The position numbers were made by a program, and so were the translations under genes. A DNA stretch of 64,000 nt from Bacteriovoracaceae bacterium (GTDB taxonomy: Bacteria; Bdellovibrionota; Bacteriovoracia; Bacteriovoracales; Bacteriovoracaceae): assembly GCA_048270185.1 (NCBI GenBank), contig JBLWTJ010000001.1:1632001-1696000 (forward strand). The letters are read 5' to 3'. Of the stretch, positions 38,922 to 48,822 are shown piece by piece. How positions within the stretch are numbered: position 1 is the first letter of the stretch; each line of letters begins with the position of its first letter. The notes beneath the pieces are model-generated. The model saw only the letters and a list, made by a program, of their open reading frames with translations. It searched no databases and was not told the origin of the DNA.

Positions 38922-39689
38922 TTATTTGCAAGATGCTTTTAGCGTATCTGCTAGTTTTAATAGGTCATCAGGATAGAATGGCTTTGTTCCAACGCCATGA
39001 ATCTTCGCCTTGATATTACTTAGAAAATCCATGAGTTCCCCCTTGGCTTCATCAATATCAGTAAGAACAAAGAGATGTTTTGTATCAGAGTTCTTAACCC
39101 AGCGGATGATTTTTTGAGTATTATTTCCGCCTTTTGTTTGGCACAAATAATTATCATTTTTAATTTCTCTAATTGAAGAATCAAAAGACTTAATTGTAAT
39201 AGGGCATCCATAGCTGAGTCTTGTGACGAAACTTTTACGATAGCAAGTATCTCCAGTTTTTGACCAATCAGAATTTCTTAGTGAAGCTGAAGTATCAACC
39301 CAAACTTCATACTTTGTCGTCTTTTTCTTTTTAACTTTTTTTGCCTTTCCACAAAAGATATCAAAGTAGGCACCAGTACAACGAATCATATCTGAATCAA
39401 TTGTATTTTCAACTTTAGGCTTACCTGAAGGTACACCATATTCTTGCTCAATATAGTCTTTCCCAGACTTGCCTTCCACATAACCGGTTTGTGGATCGAA
39501 GCAGCCATCGCCCATTGGAATACAGTCATCATTTTCAGCGACTGCTTGAAATGTTTTTGTCTTAAAGTTCAGAAGATCTATTAGAGCAGATTTCTTCGCA
39601 GGAGAGATAAAGATAAACTCCACCGTATCCGGTAAAGCATATACCGACGTGGAAATAATTATGAATGCTAAAATCATTCTTTTAAGCAA
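38922..39689 (-). CDS. Exported Cys-rich protein with vWA/MIDAS-like motif
   Basis: Signal peptide; WVDTSAS (DxSxS) and VLTD. Confidence 0.6.
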   Translation of the reverse strand: MLKRMILAFIIISTSVYALPDTVEFIFISPAKKSALIDLLNFKTKTFQAVAENDDCIPMGDGCFDPQTGYVEGKSGKDYIEQEYGVPSGKPKVENTIDSDMIRCTGAYFDIFCGKAKKVKKKKTTKYEVWVDTSASLRNSDWSKTGDTCYRKSFVTRLSYGCPITIKSFDSSIREIKNDNYLCQTKGGNNTQKIIRWVKNSDTKHLFVLTDIDEAKGELMDFLSNIKAKIHGVGTKPFYPDDLLKLADTLKASCK

Positions 39690-40332
39690 TCATTCCTCTT
39701 TGTCTAAAGTACCTAAACAAATCATTGCCTAGATCTACAATTAAATCTCTCGCATCAATGTCGAGACTAAGAAAGTCTGCAACATAAGCTTTTTGTCTTG
39801 GAGTAAGTTGCGCCATTCGCTCTTTAAGTTGTTCCTCATTACTAGTATCAACCATAAAAGGCATCGTGCGTGTTTTACCACCTACTTTAATTGTTGGGTT
39901 TGCATTAATTTGTGCATTCCCTGTAGTGCCTGTTTTAATCGTGTCAACAAGAGCATCTTCAAATGTACTTGTCGATGTCGTTTCAGCTACAGGCTTTTGT
40001 TCAGGTGCAGGTTGCTGTTGTGGTGCTGCTGCATCTTTCTTTTCATCAGCTTTATAGAATTTAACAAGTCTTATAAAGTGATCAGTAAAGTGCTCTTCGA
40101 CAAAATCAATCATTTCATGAAGCGGAATCTCTAAATGAGCAGTTATTTTGGCAACTACTTGAGGGTTTATCTCAGTTGTCTTCATTGAAAGAAAGCGTGA
40201 TACCGTGGAAACACCAAGCCCAGTCGCTTCCGCAAGATCTTTTTGTGTCATTGGTCCACGAACCTGCATGTATTTCCTAATAATCCCTAGGTAATCATCC
40301 AATTTGTCTTTGTTAAATTCGGCCATCGCCAT
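39682..40332 (-). CDS. XRE-family HTH transcriptional regulator
   Basis: MTQKDLAEATGLGVSTVSRF. Confidence 0.85.
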   Translation of the reverse strand: MAMAEFNKDKLDDYLGIIRKYMQVRGPMTQKDLAEATGLGVSTVSRFLSMKTTEINPQVVAKITAHLEIPLHEMIDFVEEHFTDHFIRLVKFYKADEKKDAAAPQQQPAPEQKPVAETTSTSTFEDALVDTIKTGTTGNAQINANPTIKVGGKTRTMPFMVDTSNEEQLKERMAQLTPRQKAYVADFLSLDIDARDLIVDLGNDLFRYFRQRGMIA

Positions 40333-40460
40333 CTCCTTGCATGTTGAAATACCTGCAACTGCCTGATATCTTGTCTAACTAAATTGCAGCCTGAAAAAAA
40401 ATGGCTCCAAAAGTCCCTAATATCATTATCGGATTTAATTTTTATTTCTTTATGCAATTT

Positions 40461-40496
40461 TATTGCTTGACGCAATAGGTCAAGAATGGTTATTAT
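40461..40496 (+). promoter_or_regulatory. Promoter with an operator-like palindrome over the -35
   Basis: TTGACG (40467-40472), 18 nt, TATTAT (40491-40496); TATTGC-N5-GCAATA at 40461-40477. Confidence 0.55.
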
Positions 40497-40547
40497 TGCA
40501 GTGTGGATGAACGAATCCACAAATTAAGCAAGGCTTGGGGGGATCAC

Positions 40548-41075
40548 ATGGCCACTTTAACAAACTTCATTATGCCAGAGACTTTTAACGATTTTCAGAA
40601 TGGACAATTTGAAGTCATTGAAAAAGAGACGGTGAAATCAAGTGATTTAAGTAACTTAACCATATCTGGTTCTCTCTTCTCTCAAACTACTTTTATCGCT
40701 GTTCACTTCAAGTCTTGTACTTTTTTTGGATCGAAGATGAGAGAATGTGAATTTATCAATTGTACGTTTGAAAATTGCAACTTCGAATTTTCACATATTG
40801 AAGATTGCAATTTTGAAGGATGCAAGCTCATTGGGAATACATGGAAGTATTCCACTTTAAAACACTCAATTATTGAAGAGTGTGAATTCGACCTTGCTGC
40901 ATATCGAATTATTAAAGAAGGGGTTAAAAATGAATTTGATCTCTTTGAAGAAACGCAAGACTTAGAGGAAATCAAAGAAGAAGTTGAAGAGGTGATGAAT
41001 TTTCAAGAAGCACTTCTATCATCTCCCAGGCAATGGAGTAATACTTTGATCAACTTTATTAAGCAAGCGGCCTAA
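40548..41075 (+). CDS. Pentapeptide-repeat protein
   Basis: F..C.F..C.F repeats; ATG 40548 after GGGGGA RBS. Confidence 0.85.
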   Translation: MATLTNFIMPETFNDFQNGQFEVIEKETVKSSDLSNLTISGSLFSQTTFIAVHFKSCTFFGSKMRECEFINCTFENCNFEFSHIEDCNFEGCKLIGNTWKYSTLKHSIIEECEFDLAAYRIIKEGVKNEFDLFEETQDLEEIKEEVEEVMNFQEALLSSPRQWSNTLINFIKQAA

Positions 41076-41235
41076 ACAAGAAAGAAAATTTACCTGACAA
41101 TGGTGTTTATATCGAAAAAGTCTCAGGGAAAATACGGTCAGGCACAAATCAGAATTTGAGACAAAATATCATAACCTAGTTTTGCTAACAACGGATGTTA
41201 ACAAGCAGGAAATCTCGCAACTCATACTTGCTCTC

Positions 41236-41265
41236 GGCCATCTCTCAAGGATGGCCTTCTTTTTT
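41236..41265 (+). terminator. Intrinsic terminator
   Basis: ggccatc-tctcaag-gatggcc followed by ttctttttt. Confidence 0.8.
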
Positions 41266-42832
41266 AAATCTTACGATAGAAGCAACCGATAGATTCGCGA
41301 TTACGCATTGAAGACTTAACTATTAATGAAGAAACTTCAATAGCATTTCTTAAACCAATAAGACTGTCATCTAACTTACAGCTACGATAGAAGCGTGAAA
41401 CCTCATCATTGATTTCATTAAACATTGCTTGTGCTCTCTTTAATCGATTTGTCGTACGAGAGAGACCAACGTAATTCCACATCGTAAGTTTTAGAGTCAT
41501 CCAATCTTGTTGAACAAGGGCCTTATCGATTGAAGCATACTCTTCCTGCCAATTCTTAATTTGTTCATGAGAGTAGAGATCTTCTTCCCCTACAGTTTCA
41601 GCAATATCCATCGCTGAAATATATCCCCATGTTAAACCTTCAAGAAGTGAAGTTGAGGCGAGGCGGTTTGCTCCATGAAGTCCTGTACAAGAGACTTCTC
41701 CAACAGCGTAGAGATTCTTAATTGAAGTTTGCCCTTTCATATCAACTTTCACTCCACCACAAGTATAGTGTGCAGCAGGAACAACAGGAATTGGCTCTTT
41801 TGTCATATCAACACCGTGATCGAGACAGTGCTTATAAATTGTAGGGAAACGCTCTTTAATCCACTCGCTATCTTTGTGAGAAATATCTAGATAGACACAT
41901 TCGTGTCTTGTCTCAATTGTCTCTTCCATAATTGATCGAGCAACAACATCACGAGGCGCAAGCTCCATCTCAGGATGATATTTCCCCATAAATCTTTCAC
42001 CATTTGAGTTAAGAAGAATACCTCCTTCTCCTCTTACAGCTTCTGAAACTAAGAATCGTCCATGTGAAGATGAATCATAGAATGTCGTTGGGTGGAATTG
42101 AATGAATTCCATATCAATAATATCAGCACCAGCTCTCTTGGCCATGGCGATTCCATCACCACGACTTGCTCCAGAGTTTGAGTGGTGAAGATAGAGTGCT
42201 CCAACACCACCAGTGGCCAAAACAGTTTTCTTGGCCATGGCCTTTACAACTGTTTCTTGATCTTGATTTAAAAGATAGGCTCCAAGAATTTTTCTTTCTT
42301 CATAACGTTGAGAAATTGTAATACCGTGGTGAGAAGCCGTTATCAAATCGATGGCCGTATGTCCTTCTAAGAAGTGAATCGTCGGAAAACGCTCTTTATC
42401 TTTTAAAAGATTTAATAAGCTTATTTGAATCTCTTTTCCCGTATAATCACCACGGTAGAGAATGCGCTCAATCGAATGAGCTGCTTCTTTTGTATATTTT
42501 AAAGTATTATTCTCATCTTTTTCAAAATTAGCACGGGCCATCTCTAGAAGAAGTTCATCAATGGCCTCCTTTCCGTATTTCTTTAAAGTCTCAATGGCCT
42601 TTGGATTTGACGTATTCGATGAAGCAACTTGAATATCGCCAGCTAAATGCTGATCTTCACTGTTAGGATAAATAATTCCACCTTGGGCCCAATACGTATT
42701 TGAGACAAGAGGATCTTTTGCTCGAGTAACAATTCCTACTTTTAGATTAGTTTCTGCAAGCTTTGCAGCTGTTGCAAGACCTGCGATCCCACAACCAAGA
42801 ACGAGAACATCAAAGTCGTACTTATTCAACAC
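41264..42832 (-). CDS. nadB: L-aspartate oxidase
   Basis: G.GIAG, WAQGGI, EAAHS, EFIQFHPT, SEAVRGEG, AHYTCGG, HGANRLASTSLLE. Confidence 0.96.
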   Translation of the reverse strand: MLNKYDFDVLVLGCGIAGLATAAKLAETNLKVGIVTRAKDPLVSNTYWAQGGIIYPNSEDQHLAGDIQVASSNTSNPKAIETLKKYGKEAIDELLLEMARANFEKDENNTLKYTKEAAHSIERILYRGDYTGKEIQISLLNLLKDKERFPTIHFLEGHTAIDLITASHHGITISQRYEERKILGAYLLNQDQETVVKAMAKKTVLATGGVGALYLHHSNSGASRGDGIAMAKRAGADIIDMEFIQFHPTTFYDSSSHGRFLVSEAVRGEGGILLNSNGERFMGKYHPEMELAPRDVVARSIMEETIETRHECVYLDISHKDSEWIKERFPTIYKHCLDHGVDMTKEPIPVVPAAHYTCGGVKVDMKGQTSIKNLYAVGEVSCTGLHGANRLASTSLLEGLTWGYISAMDIAETVGEEDLYSHEQIKNWQEEYASIDKALVQQDWMTLKLTMWNYVGLSRTTNRLKRAQAMFNEINDEVSRFYRSCKLDDSLIGLRNAIEVSSLIVKSSMRNRESIGCFYRKI

Positions 42833-43682
42833 TACCTCTTGCGTACTTTAGAGATAGGTCAACTGCAGGGGCATTATAAGTGAGGGCACCAATGCTAATT
42901 GCATCAACTCCTTCAATTAAATAACTCTCAAGAGTATTTAGACGAACTCCACCAGAAACTTCAAAAGTAACACCTTCTGGTTTTTGTTTAACAGCTTCTT
43001 TAATTTCTTCAGGTGAGAAATTATCAAGCATAATATGACGAACACCCTCGTTTAGAGCAACTTGTAATTCATTAAGATCATGAATTTCAACTTCAATTGG
43101 AGTGTAGAATGAATTCTTTTCTTTAAAGAAATTGATGGCCTCTTTAACTCCACCAAAGAATGTCTTGTGGTTATCTTTAACCATCCACATATCACTTTGA
43201 CCAAAGCGGTGGTTATTCCCTCCCCCTTTGACAACAGCATACTTCTCAAGAGCACGGTAGCCAGGAAGCGTCTTTCTCGTATCAAGAATCTTAATACCTG
43301 AATCAAGTGCAAGAGAAGCATATTGATTTGTATATGTAGCAATTGAAGATGCCCTTTGAATTAGGTTAAGAGCAATACGCTCACCTGTAAGAGCAATTGA
43401 AAATGGTAGCTTAAAAGTAATTTCAGCATTCTCATCTTTTGAATATTTCTGACCTTCATATTTTTTGAAGTCTTCATAATTTAGATCAGCACCTAAGTAA
43501 TTAAATGCTTCAGTAAAATATGGAAGTCCGCAAAGGATCATATCGTCTTTAATTTTTAAGCGGCACTCAACCATGTCACTTGGAAGTGAAGTGATATAGT
43601 TTAAATTTCTACTTAAATCATCTTCTTTAAAATATTCAGCGATTGAATCTTGAATTGCTTTCTTTACTAATAAATTGGCCAT
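42822..43682 (-). CDS. nadC: Quinolinate phosphoribosyltransferase
   Basis: ERIALN, DTRKT.PG, NHRFG, KDNH, EVE, LDNF, SGG. Confidence 0.96.
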   Translation of the reverse strand: MANLLVKKAIQDSIAEYFKEDDLSRNLNYITSLPSDMVECRLKIKDDMILCGLPYFTEAFNYLGADLNYEDFKKYEGQKYSKDENAEITFKLPFSIALTGERIALNLIQRASSIATYTNQYASLALDSGIKILDTRKTLPGYRALEKYAVVKGGGNNHRFGQSDMWMVKDNHKTFFGGVKEAINFFKEKNSFYTPIEVEIHDLNELQVALNEGVRHIMLDNFSPEEIKEAVKQKPEGVTFEVSGGVRLNTLESYLIEGVDAISIGALTYNAPAVDLSLKYARGSVE

Positions 43683-43788
43683 TTATAACTCCATGTATCT
43701 TTTTAATTACCATTTTCAAATTAGAAAAAAAACACTCAAAAGGGTCAAAAATAGGCTATTTCCATGATTTTTACCCTATATAGACACA

Positions 43789-44748
43789 ATGCGTTTCAAT
43801 ATTATCTTTCTATTCGCTTTTCTACTGATTTCTCCCCTTAGCAACAACTATGACTACAGGCAGCACAAGCCTTCCCCCAAATTCAAATTACCAAGGGGGA
43901 CAAAAGAAAGTTTTCAAAAGAAAGACAACTTCTACTTCTATCGCTCTGTCATCACAGGACAAAAATGGGGACTCAATAAGGAGCTTAAAAAGAAGCTAGG
44001 TCACCTCAATCTAGTGCACCTCATGACACCATCAGGGCTTCATCTAAGCTCTCTCTTGCTTCTATTCTTCTTATTTAGACGAAAGCATCCCATAAGTTCA
44101 AACTATCTGGAACTCATTCTTTGTCTTGGATTATATTTCTTCTTACCTGGCTATTATTCTTTTCGAAGAGTTGCGCTCATTAGAAGCTTCTTCATTCTTA
44201 ATAAAACTTGTGCAACTAATTATTCAAAACAACAAATCTTCCTCTTCTTTATTATGACCGACTTCTGTTTTGGAACTTATCGCTACAGTCCATTATCTTT
44301 CTACTTAAGTGGACTATTCTTGGCCCTCATCTTTTCCATCAAAGAATTTCGCATCTACAAGATGTACTTGCTCTTCTTTGTTGCCCAGCTCTTTATCGCC
44401 CATAAATTTAGTGGTGTGATCTATCCTTCAACAATCCTTATCTCGCCTCTACTAACAAGTCTCTTTACGTTGATTTATCCACTTCTCTTTCTAAACCTCT
44501 TCTTTATCAAGTACTTCAATTTTGCTGAGTGGATAATTGAAGCTTTCACAATGCTTGTCCACACAAGTTTTGAAATAGCTCACACAACAGGCTTCATCCA
44601 TGTAAATTTCTTAATTTTAATTGGAGTTATTATCTACCGCAGACAAACCAAGAAGCATGCCCTGGCCCTAATTACAGTTGGATTAGTTAGTAATTTCCCA
44701 CGAGACAGTCTGGTGATTCTTTTGAGCGAGGTAGGTATTCACTTGTGA
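43789..44748 (+). CDS. ComEC/Rec2-like membrane (Competence) domain protein
   Basis: HLMTPSGLH motif and multiple TMs; no beta-lactamase domain. Confidence 0.7.
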   Translation: MRFNIIFLFAFLLISPLSNNYDYRQHKPSPKFKLPRGTKESFQKKDNFYFYRSVITGQKWGLNKELKKKLGHLNLVHLMTPSGLHLSSLLLLFFLFRRKHPISSNYLELILCLGLYFFLPGYYSFRRVALIRSFFILNKTCATNYSKQQIFLFFIMTDFCFGTYRYSPLSFYLSGLFLALIFSIKEFRIYKMYLLFFVAQLFIAHKFSGVIYPSTILISPLLTSLFTLIYPLLFLNLFFIKYFNFAEWIIEAFTMLVHTSFEIAHTTGFIHVNFLILIGVIIYRRQTKKHALALITVGLVSNFPRDSLVILLSEVGIHL

Positions 44749-45354
44749 AAAAGGTTTTGAACCAAAGAAGCCACGATAACTTGATAGAGGTGAAGGATGA
44801 ACAGACTTAATGACTAAGTGCTTTGACTCATCAATATTCTTTCCTTTCTTTTGAGCAGGAGAGCCCCAAAGAATAAAGACGACATTTTCACAATGCTCAT
44901 TAATGGTATCAATAACCTTGGCCGTGAATTTCTCCCAGCCCTTCTTTTGATGAGAGCCGGCTTGCCCCTTACGAACACTTAGACAATTATTTAAAAGAAG
45001 AACTCCTTCTTTTGCCCATTCTTCTAAGAATCCATGATCAGGAATTTTAACTCCTAGATCTTCATTTAATTCTTTATAGATATTCTTAAGTGAAGGTGGA
45101 ATTTTTACTCCCTTTTTCACAGAGAAGCTAAGGCCATGGGCCTGACCTTCACCATGGTAAGGGTCTTGTCCAAGAATAACAACTTTCACCTTATCAAGTG
45201 GAGTAAGGTTTAGGGCCGCAAAGAATTCATTACGACTAGGATAAACATCACCCTCTTCTGAATCTAAGAATTCAGAAAGTTGAATCATGTAATCTTTTTG
45301 GAATTCGTCTTTAAGGAAATTAAGCCAGCTCTTATCATTTAAGAATTCAATCAT
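44683..45354 (-). CDS. ung: Uracil-DNA glycosylase family 1
   Basis: GQDPYH, GLSFSV, PPSL, LLLN, HPSPLS. Confidence 0.97.
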   Translation of the reverse strand: MIEFLNDKSWLNFLKDEFQKDYMIQLSEFLDSEEGDVYPSRNEFFAALNLTPLDKVKVVILGQDPYHGEGQAHGLSFSVKKGVKIPPSLKNIYKELNEDLGVKIPDHGFLEEWAKEGVLLLNNCLSVRKGQAGSHQKKGWEKFTAKVIDTINEHCENVVFILWGSPAQKKGKNIDESKHLVIKSVHPSPLSSYRGFFGSKPFSQVNTYLAQKNHQTVSWEITN

Positions 45355-45370
45355 AAGAGCTGGCCTTGTA

Positions 45371-47551
45371 TTAGTAACTTATTAGTTTATTAAGTTGTTC
45401 GTACACATCGGCAACTTGTGGAAGAATGAAATCTTCTGAAGTTGGGCAATAGGCGACGTGTGAGTCTTTTGCAGCAACACGAAGAATTGGAGCATCCAGT
45501 GCTTCAAAGCACTCTTCGTTAACACATGCAGCGATCTCACCAGCAAAACCAGAAGTCTTAGTTTCTTCGTGACAAATAAGAAGACGATTTGTCTTTTCAA
45601 TCGATTTCTTAATTGAATCCATATCAAATGGAGCTAACGTTCGAAGATCGATTACTTCAATTGTCTTTCCAGTTTCAGCCTCAATTTTCTTAGCAGCATC
45701 AATTGATTTTTGAACAAGAGCTCCCCAAGCAACAACAGTTGCATCAGAGCCTTGTTTTGCAATACGAGCTTTACCAAATGGAATCATATATTCTTCACCC
45801 GGATCAGCTGTACGGTTATAACCTTGGTAGTAAAGGTGCTTGTGCTCTAAGAACATAACTGGATCATCTGATCTAATGGCCGTTCTTAAAAGCCCAGCTG
45901 CGTCTGCCGCATTTGATGGGAAAACAACTCTAATACCAGGAATGTGAGTGAATAAAGACTCTCCACATTGTGAGTGATAAATTGATCCACCTCTTAGGTA
46001 TCCACCAATTGGAACACGCACAACCATTGGACACTTAAAGTCTCCACCTGAACGGTAGCGAGTCGTCGCCATCTCGTTCTTAAGTTGCATATAAGCAGTC
46101 CAAATATAATCAAAGAATTGAATTTCAACAACAGGCTTAAGCCCTCTCATTGCCATACCGATTGCACGACCTATGATATTTGCTTCAGCAAGTGGTGAGT
46201 TAAATACTTGTCCTTCAAGAGCTGCTCTTTGAACACCTGAAGAAACCTTAAATACACCACCCTTACCCTTTAGGTCAGGGTTGTTAAGTCTTTCAAGGTC
46301 AGAGAAGTCTGCAACGTCTTCACCAAACATTCTTAGCAGTGGATTCTTTGCGAACTCATTACGAAGAACAGCGTTGATTGCTGAAGCCATTGGCACATCG
46401 TCTTTTCCTTCAAAAGTACCTTGAGTTTCAAAGTCTGAAGAAGTTGGATCAATATCGTGAGAGTATAAATGATCAAGCGCAGTTTCTGGCGCTGGCCATT
46501 CAGTATCAACTGCTTCCTTCATGGCACGTCTTACTTCAATTGTAATTTCTTCAAGAAGATCGTTAACTTCTTTCTCAGTCATTACACCAAGTGCAACTAG
46601 TGTTTTTGGGTATGAATTAAAAACATCAATCTGTTTTTCTTCTGCAAGCTCATCTTTCGTACGATACATTGATTGATCATCTGAAAGAGAGTGCGAGTAT
46701 GGACGAGTAACGTGAGAGTGAAGAAGAACTGGTCCCTTACCTTCTCTAATGTGTTTCGCCGCTTTCTCAGCTGCTTTGTATGATTCAATTGGACAGTTAC
46801 CATCACACTCAATGATCTTTAATCCAGGGAATTCATCAAGAGCTTTTGAAATTGATCCACCAGGAGTTTGCATTGAAGTGATTGTTGAAATGGCATAACC
46901 GTTATCTTCAACGTGGAAAAGAACTGGAAGCTTATTTGCACATGCAGTTGTTAGACCTTCCCAGAACTCTCCTTGAGCGATTGTTCCATCTCCACATGAA
47001 GTGTAAACAACTTCAGCATCTTCAACTAGGAATTTTGAAGTATCGTAATTGTGTTTCTCTTTTAATTCTTTAAGAGCAAGTCCCGCTTCTGCAACACCAC
47101 ATGCTTGAAGAAACTGTGTTCCAGTACATGAAGACTTTTGAACGATATTAAGCTTTACGTTCCCCCAGTGCGCTGGCATCTGACGGCCGTGAGTTGCAGT
47201 ATCGCCAATATTTCCGTTTGCTTGGCAAAGCATTTCGTATGGAGTTACACCAAGACCTGTACATAGAGCTCTGTCACGGTAATATGGAATAAACCAATCG
47301 TGAGCTGGTTTTAAAACTTTTGCTAAAGCTGATAAAACACCCTCGTGTCCTGCACCAGAAATTTGGAAGAACGCTGTTGATTGCTTCTTCATTGTGATTT
47401 CTGCATCGTCTAACTTTCTTGAAACGAAAACGTTACGAAGCATCCATACTAGATCTTCTTTTGAAAGATTGTATTTCTTAATAATTTCTTTTTTCTTATC
47501 GAGTGATTTCTCAGAACCCACTGTTGATCCTTTTGCAGTTTTATCAAGCAT
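45371..47551 (-). CDS. 2-oxoacid (probably branched-chain) dehydrogenase E1, fused alpha/beta
   Basis: YYRD, GRQMPAH, GDG...N.YAIS, HSLSDD, GEDV, EIQFFDY, YHSQ, EHK.LY. Confidence 0.93.
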   Translation of the reverse strand: MLDKTAKGSTVGSEKSLDKKKEIIKKYNLSKEDLVWMLRNVFVSRKLDDAEITMKKQSTAFFQISGAGHEGVLSALAKVLKPAHDWFIPYYRDRALCTGLGVTPYEMLCQANGNIGDTATHGRQMPAHWGNVKLNIVQKSSCTGTQFLQACGVAEAGLALKELKEKHNYDTSKFLVEDAEVVYTSCGDGTIAQGEFWEGLTTACANKLPVLFHVEDNGYAISTITSMQTPGGSISKALDEFPGLKIIECDGNCPIESYKAAEKAAKHIREGKGPVLLHSHVTRPYSHSLSDDQSMYRTKDELAEEKQIDVFNSYPKTLVALGVMTEKEVNDLLEEITIEVRRAMKEAVDTEWPAPETALDHLYSHDIDPTSSDFETQGTFEGKDDVPMASAINAVLRNEFAKNPLLRMFGEDVADFSDLERLNNPDLKGKGGVFKVSSGVQRAALEGQVFNSPLAEANIIGRAIGMAMRGLKPVVEIQFFDYIWTAYMQLKNEMATTRYRSGGDFKCPMVVRVPIGGYLRGGSIYHSQCGESLFTHIPGIRVVFPSNAADAAGLLRTAIRSDDPVMFLEHKHLYYQGYNRTADPGEEYMIPFGKARIAKQGSDATVVAWGALVQKSIDAAKKIEAETGKTIEVIDLRTLAPFDMDSIKKSIEKTNRLLICHEETKTSGFAGEIAACVNEECFEALDAPILRVAAKDSHVAYCPTSEDFILPQVADVYEQLNKLISY

Positions 47552-47667
47552 TTAACGCCCCTTTTTAAGTGGAGCTAGCTTACCAATTTTAGTGCAAAAG
47601 GTGCACATGCTGTGCATTAATTTTGAGGATAATATTTGACGAATTTCAGCTATTTAGAAACTTAGGC

Positions 47668-48759
47668 CTAGAAACCGCTAGAAATTCCTAGCACGTAACG
47701 GCGATCCACTTCCCCACGAAAATCTGAATCGGTTGTATCAACAGCATATGTTGTTAGATCAAACTCCATCTTACGAGTGCGAATACCAATTCCACCAGAA
47801 CCAAAACCATCTCCGTAACCAAGTCTTAAGAAGAAGATGCGACGTAGATCAAATTCCATCCCAAGGCCAAGCTTTCTTTTGAAGTCCACTCCATCATACT
47901 CACCCAAGGCATCTTTGTAATTTAGTTCAAGGTGAACACGTACAGTGCGCCCAAGCTGTGGCGTAAGAGATAATCCTAAGTCGAATGTTTGCTTAATATC
48001 TGCAGGCGCTCCTGCCCCACCAGTACTAGTGAAGCTATCACCTGTTGAGTTGTGACTTGTAATAGCAAGTGTCGGAAGAAAAGTATAAGGCAGTGTAAAA
48101 CGAAAGCCAGAAGTTACAAGAAGCATCTTTCCCTGATTATACTGTGAATCAGGTAGATCTAATGGCAGATCAGGATCTGCTGTTCCTTGAACTTCATTTC
48201 TGAAAAGGTAAGCAACTGAAGCACCAAATTTAACAATTCCTCCAAAGAGAGAGAAGTTAAAAGCAGCGTACGGACCGTGGTCAGAACGTTGTGCATACTC
48301 AAATTGATCACCAGTCTGATCACCGATGAAAGTTCTTTGTTGAACTGAGTATAGGTAGCCAAGTGAAAAGTAGCGAGTTGAGAAATTTGGCATCATCTGA
48401 AAACGTGAATGTGCAATTGTTCCCTTATTTTGGACCAAGAGCTTTCTCGCGCCTTCAAGTGATAAAGCATCAAAGAGATCTGTCGCATTGCCGGTGACAT
48501 CTCCACCAAAGAGCGTCTCCATCCAACCTTTATTTGTTTCAAAGTGGAAATTTGATAAGTGAAAATGTGAGCCGCGATATGTCCCTAAACCAGCTGGGTT
48601 ATAGAAAGCAGCAGAGGCATCATCAACTTTTGCAATAAATGCGTTTCCCATCGCAAGAGCACGTGAAGAGGTAATAACTTCAGGAAAAACTGCGTCTTCA
48701 AATCCAATGGCGAAAATACTGGAGTGAATAAATAGGGCAATAAGAATTAATTTTTTCAC
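47668..48759 (-). CDS. Outer membrane beta-barrel protein (FadL/TraF/PorV-like)
   Basis: Signal peptide, RALAMGNAF...YNPAGL, amphipathic strands, C-terminal Phe. Confidence 0.8.
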   Translation of the reverse strand: MKKLILIALFIHSSIFAIGFEDAVFPEVITSSRALAMGNAFIAKVDDASAAFYNPAGLGTYRGSHFHLSNFHFETNKGWMETLFGGDVTGNATDLFDALSLEGARKLLVQNKGTIAHSRFQMMPNFSTRYFSLGYLYSVQQRTFIGDQTGDQFEYAQRSDHGPYAAFNFSLFGGIVKFGASVAYLFRNEVQGTADPDLPLDLPDSQYNQGKMLLVTSGFRFTLPYTFLPTLAITSHNSTGDSFTSTGGAGAPADIKQTFDLGLSLTPQLGRTVRVHLELNYKDALGEYDGVDFKRKLGLGMEFDLRRIFFLRLGYGDGFGSGGIGIRTRKMEFDLTTYAVDTTDSDFRGEVDRRYVLGISSGF

Positions 48760-48822
48760 GTCCTGATTTTACCTTAATTAACTTGCAATATTAACTCATG
48801 GCACAATCTTCCATCCTCATCC

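Noticed and set aside
40287..40520. 77-aa minus-strand ORF
   Set aside because: Spans the divergent promoter region, no RBS or motif
48799..48815. TGGCAC as a sigma54 promoter
   Set aside because: No GC at the -12 position
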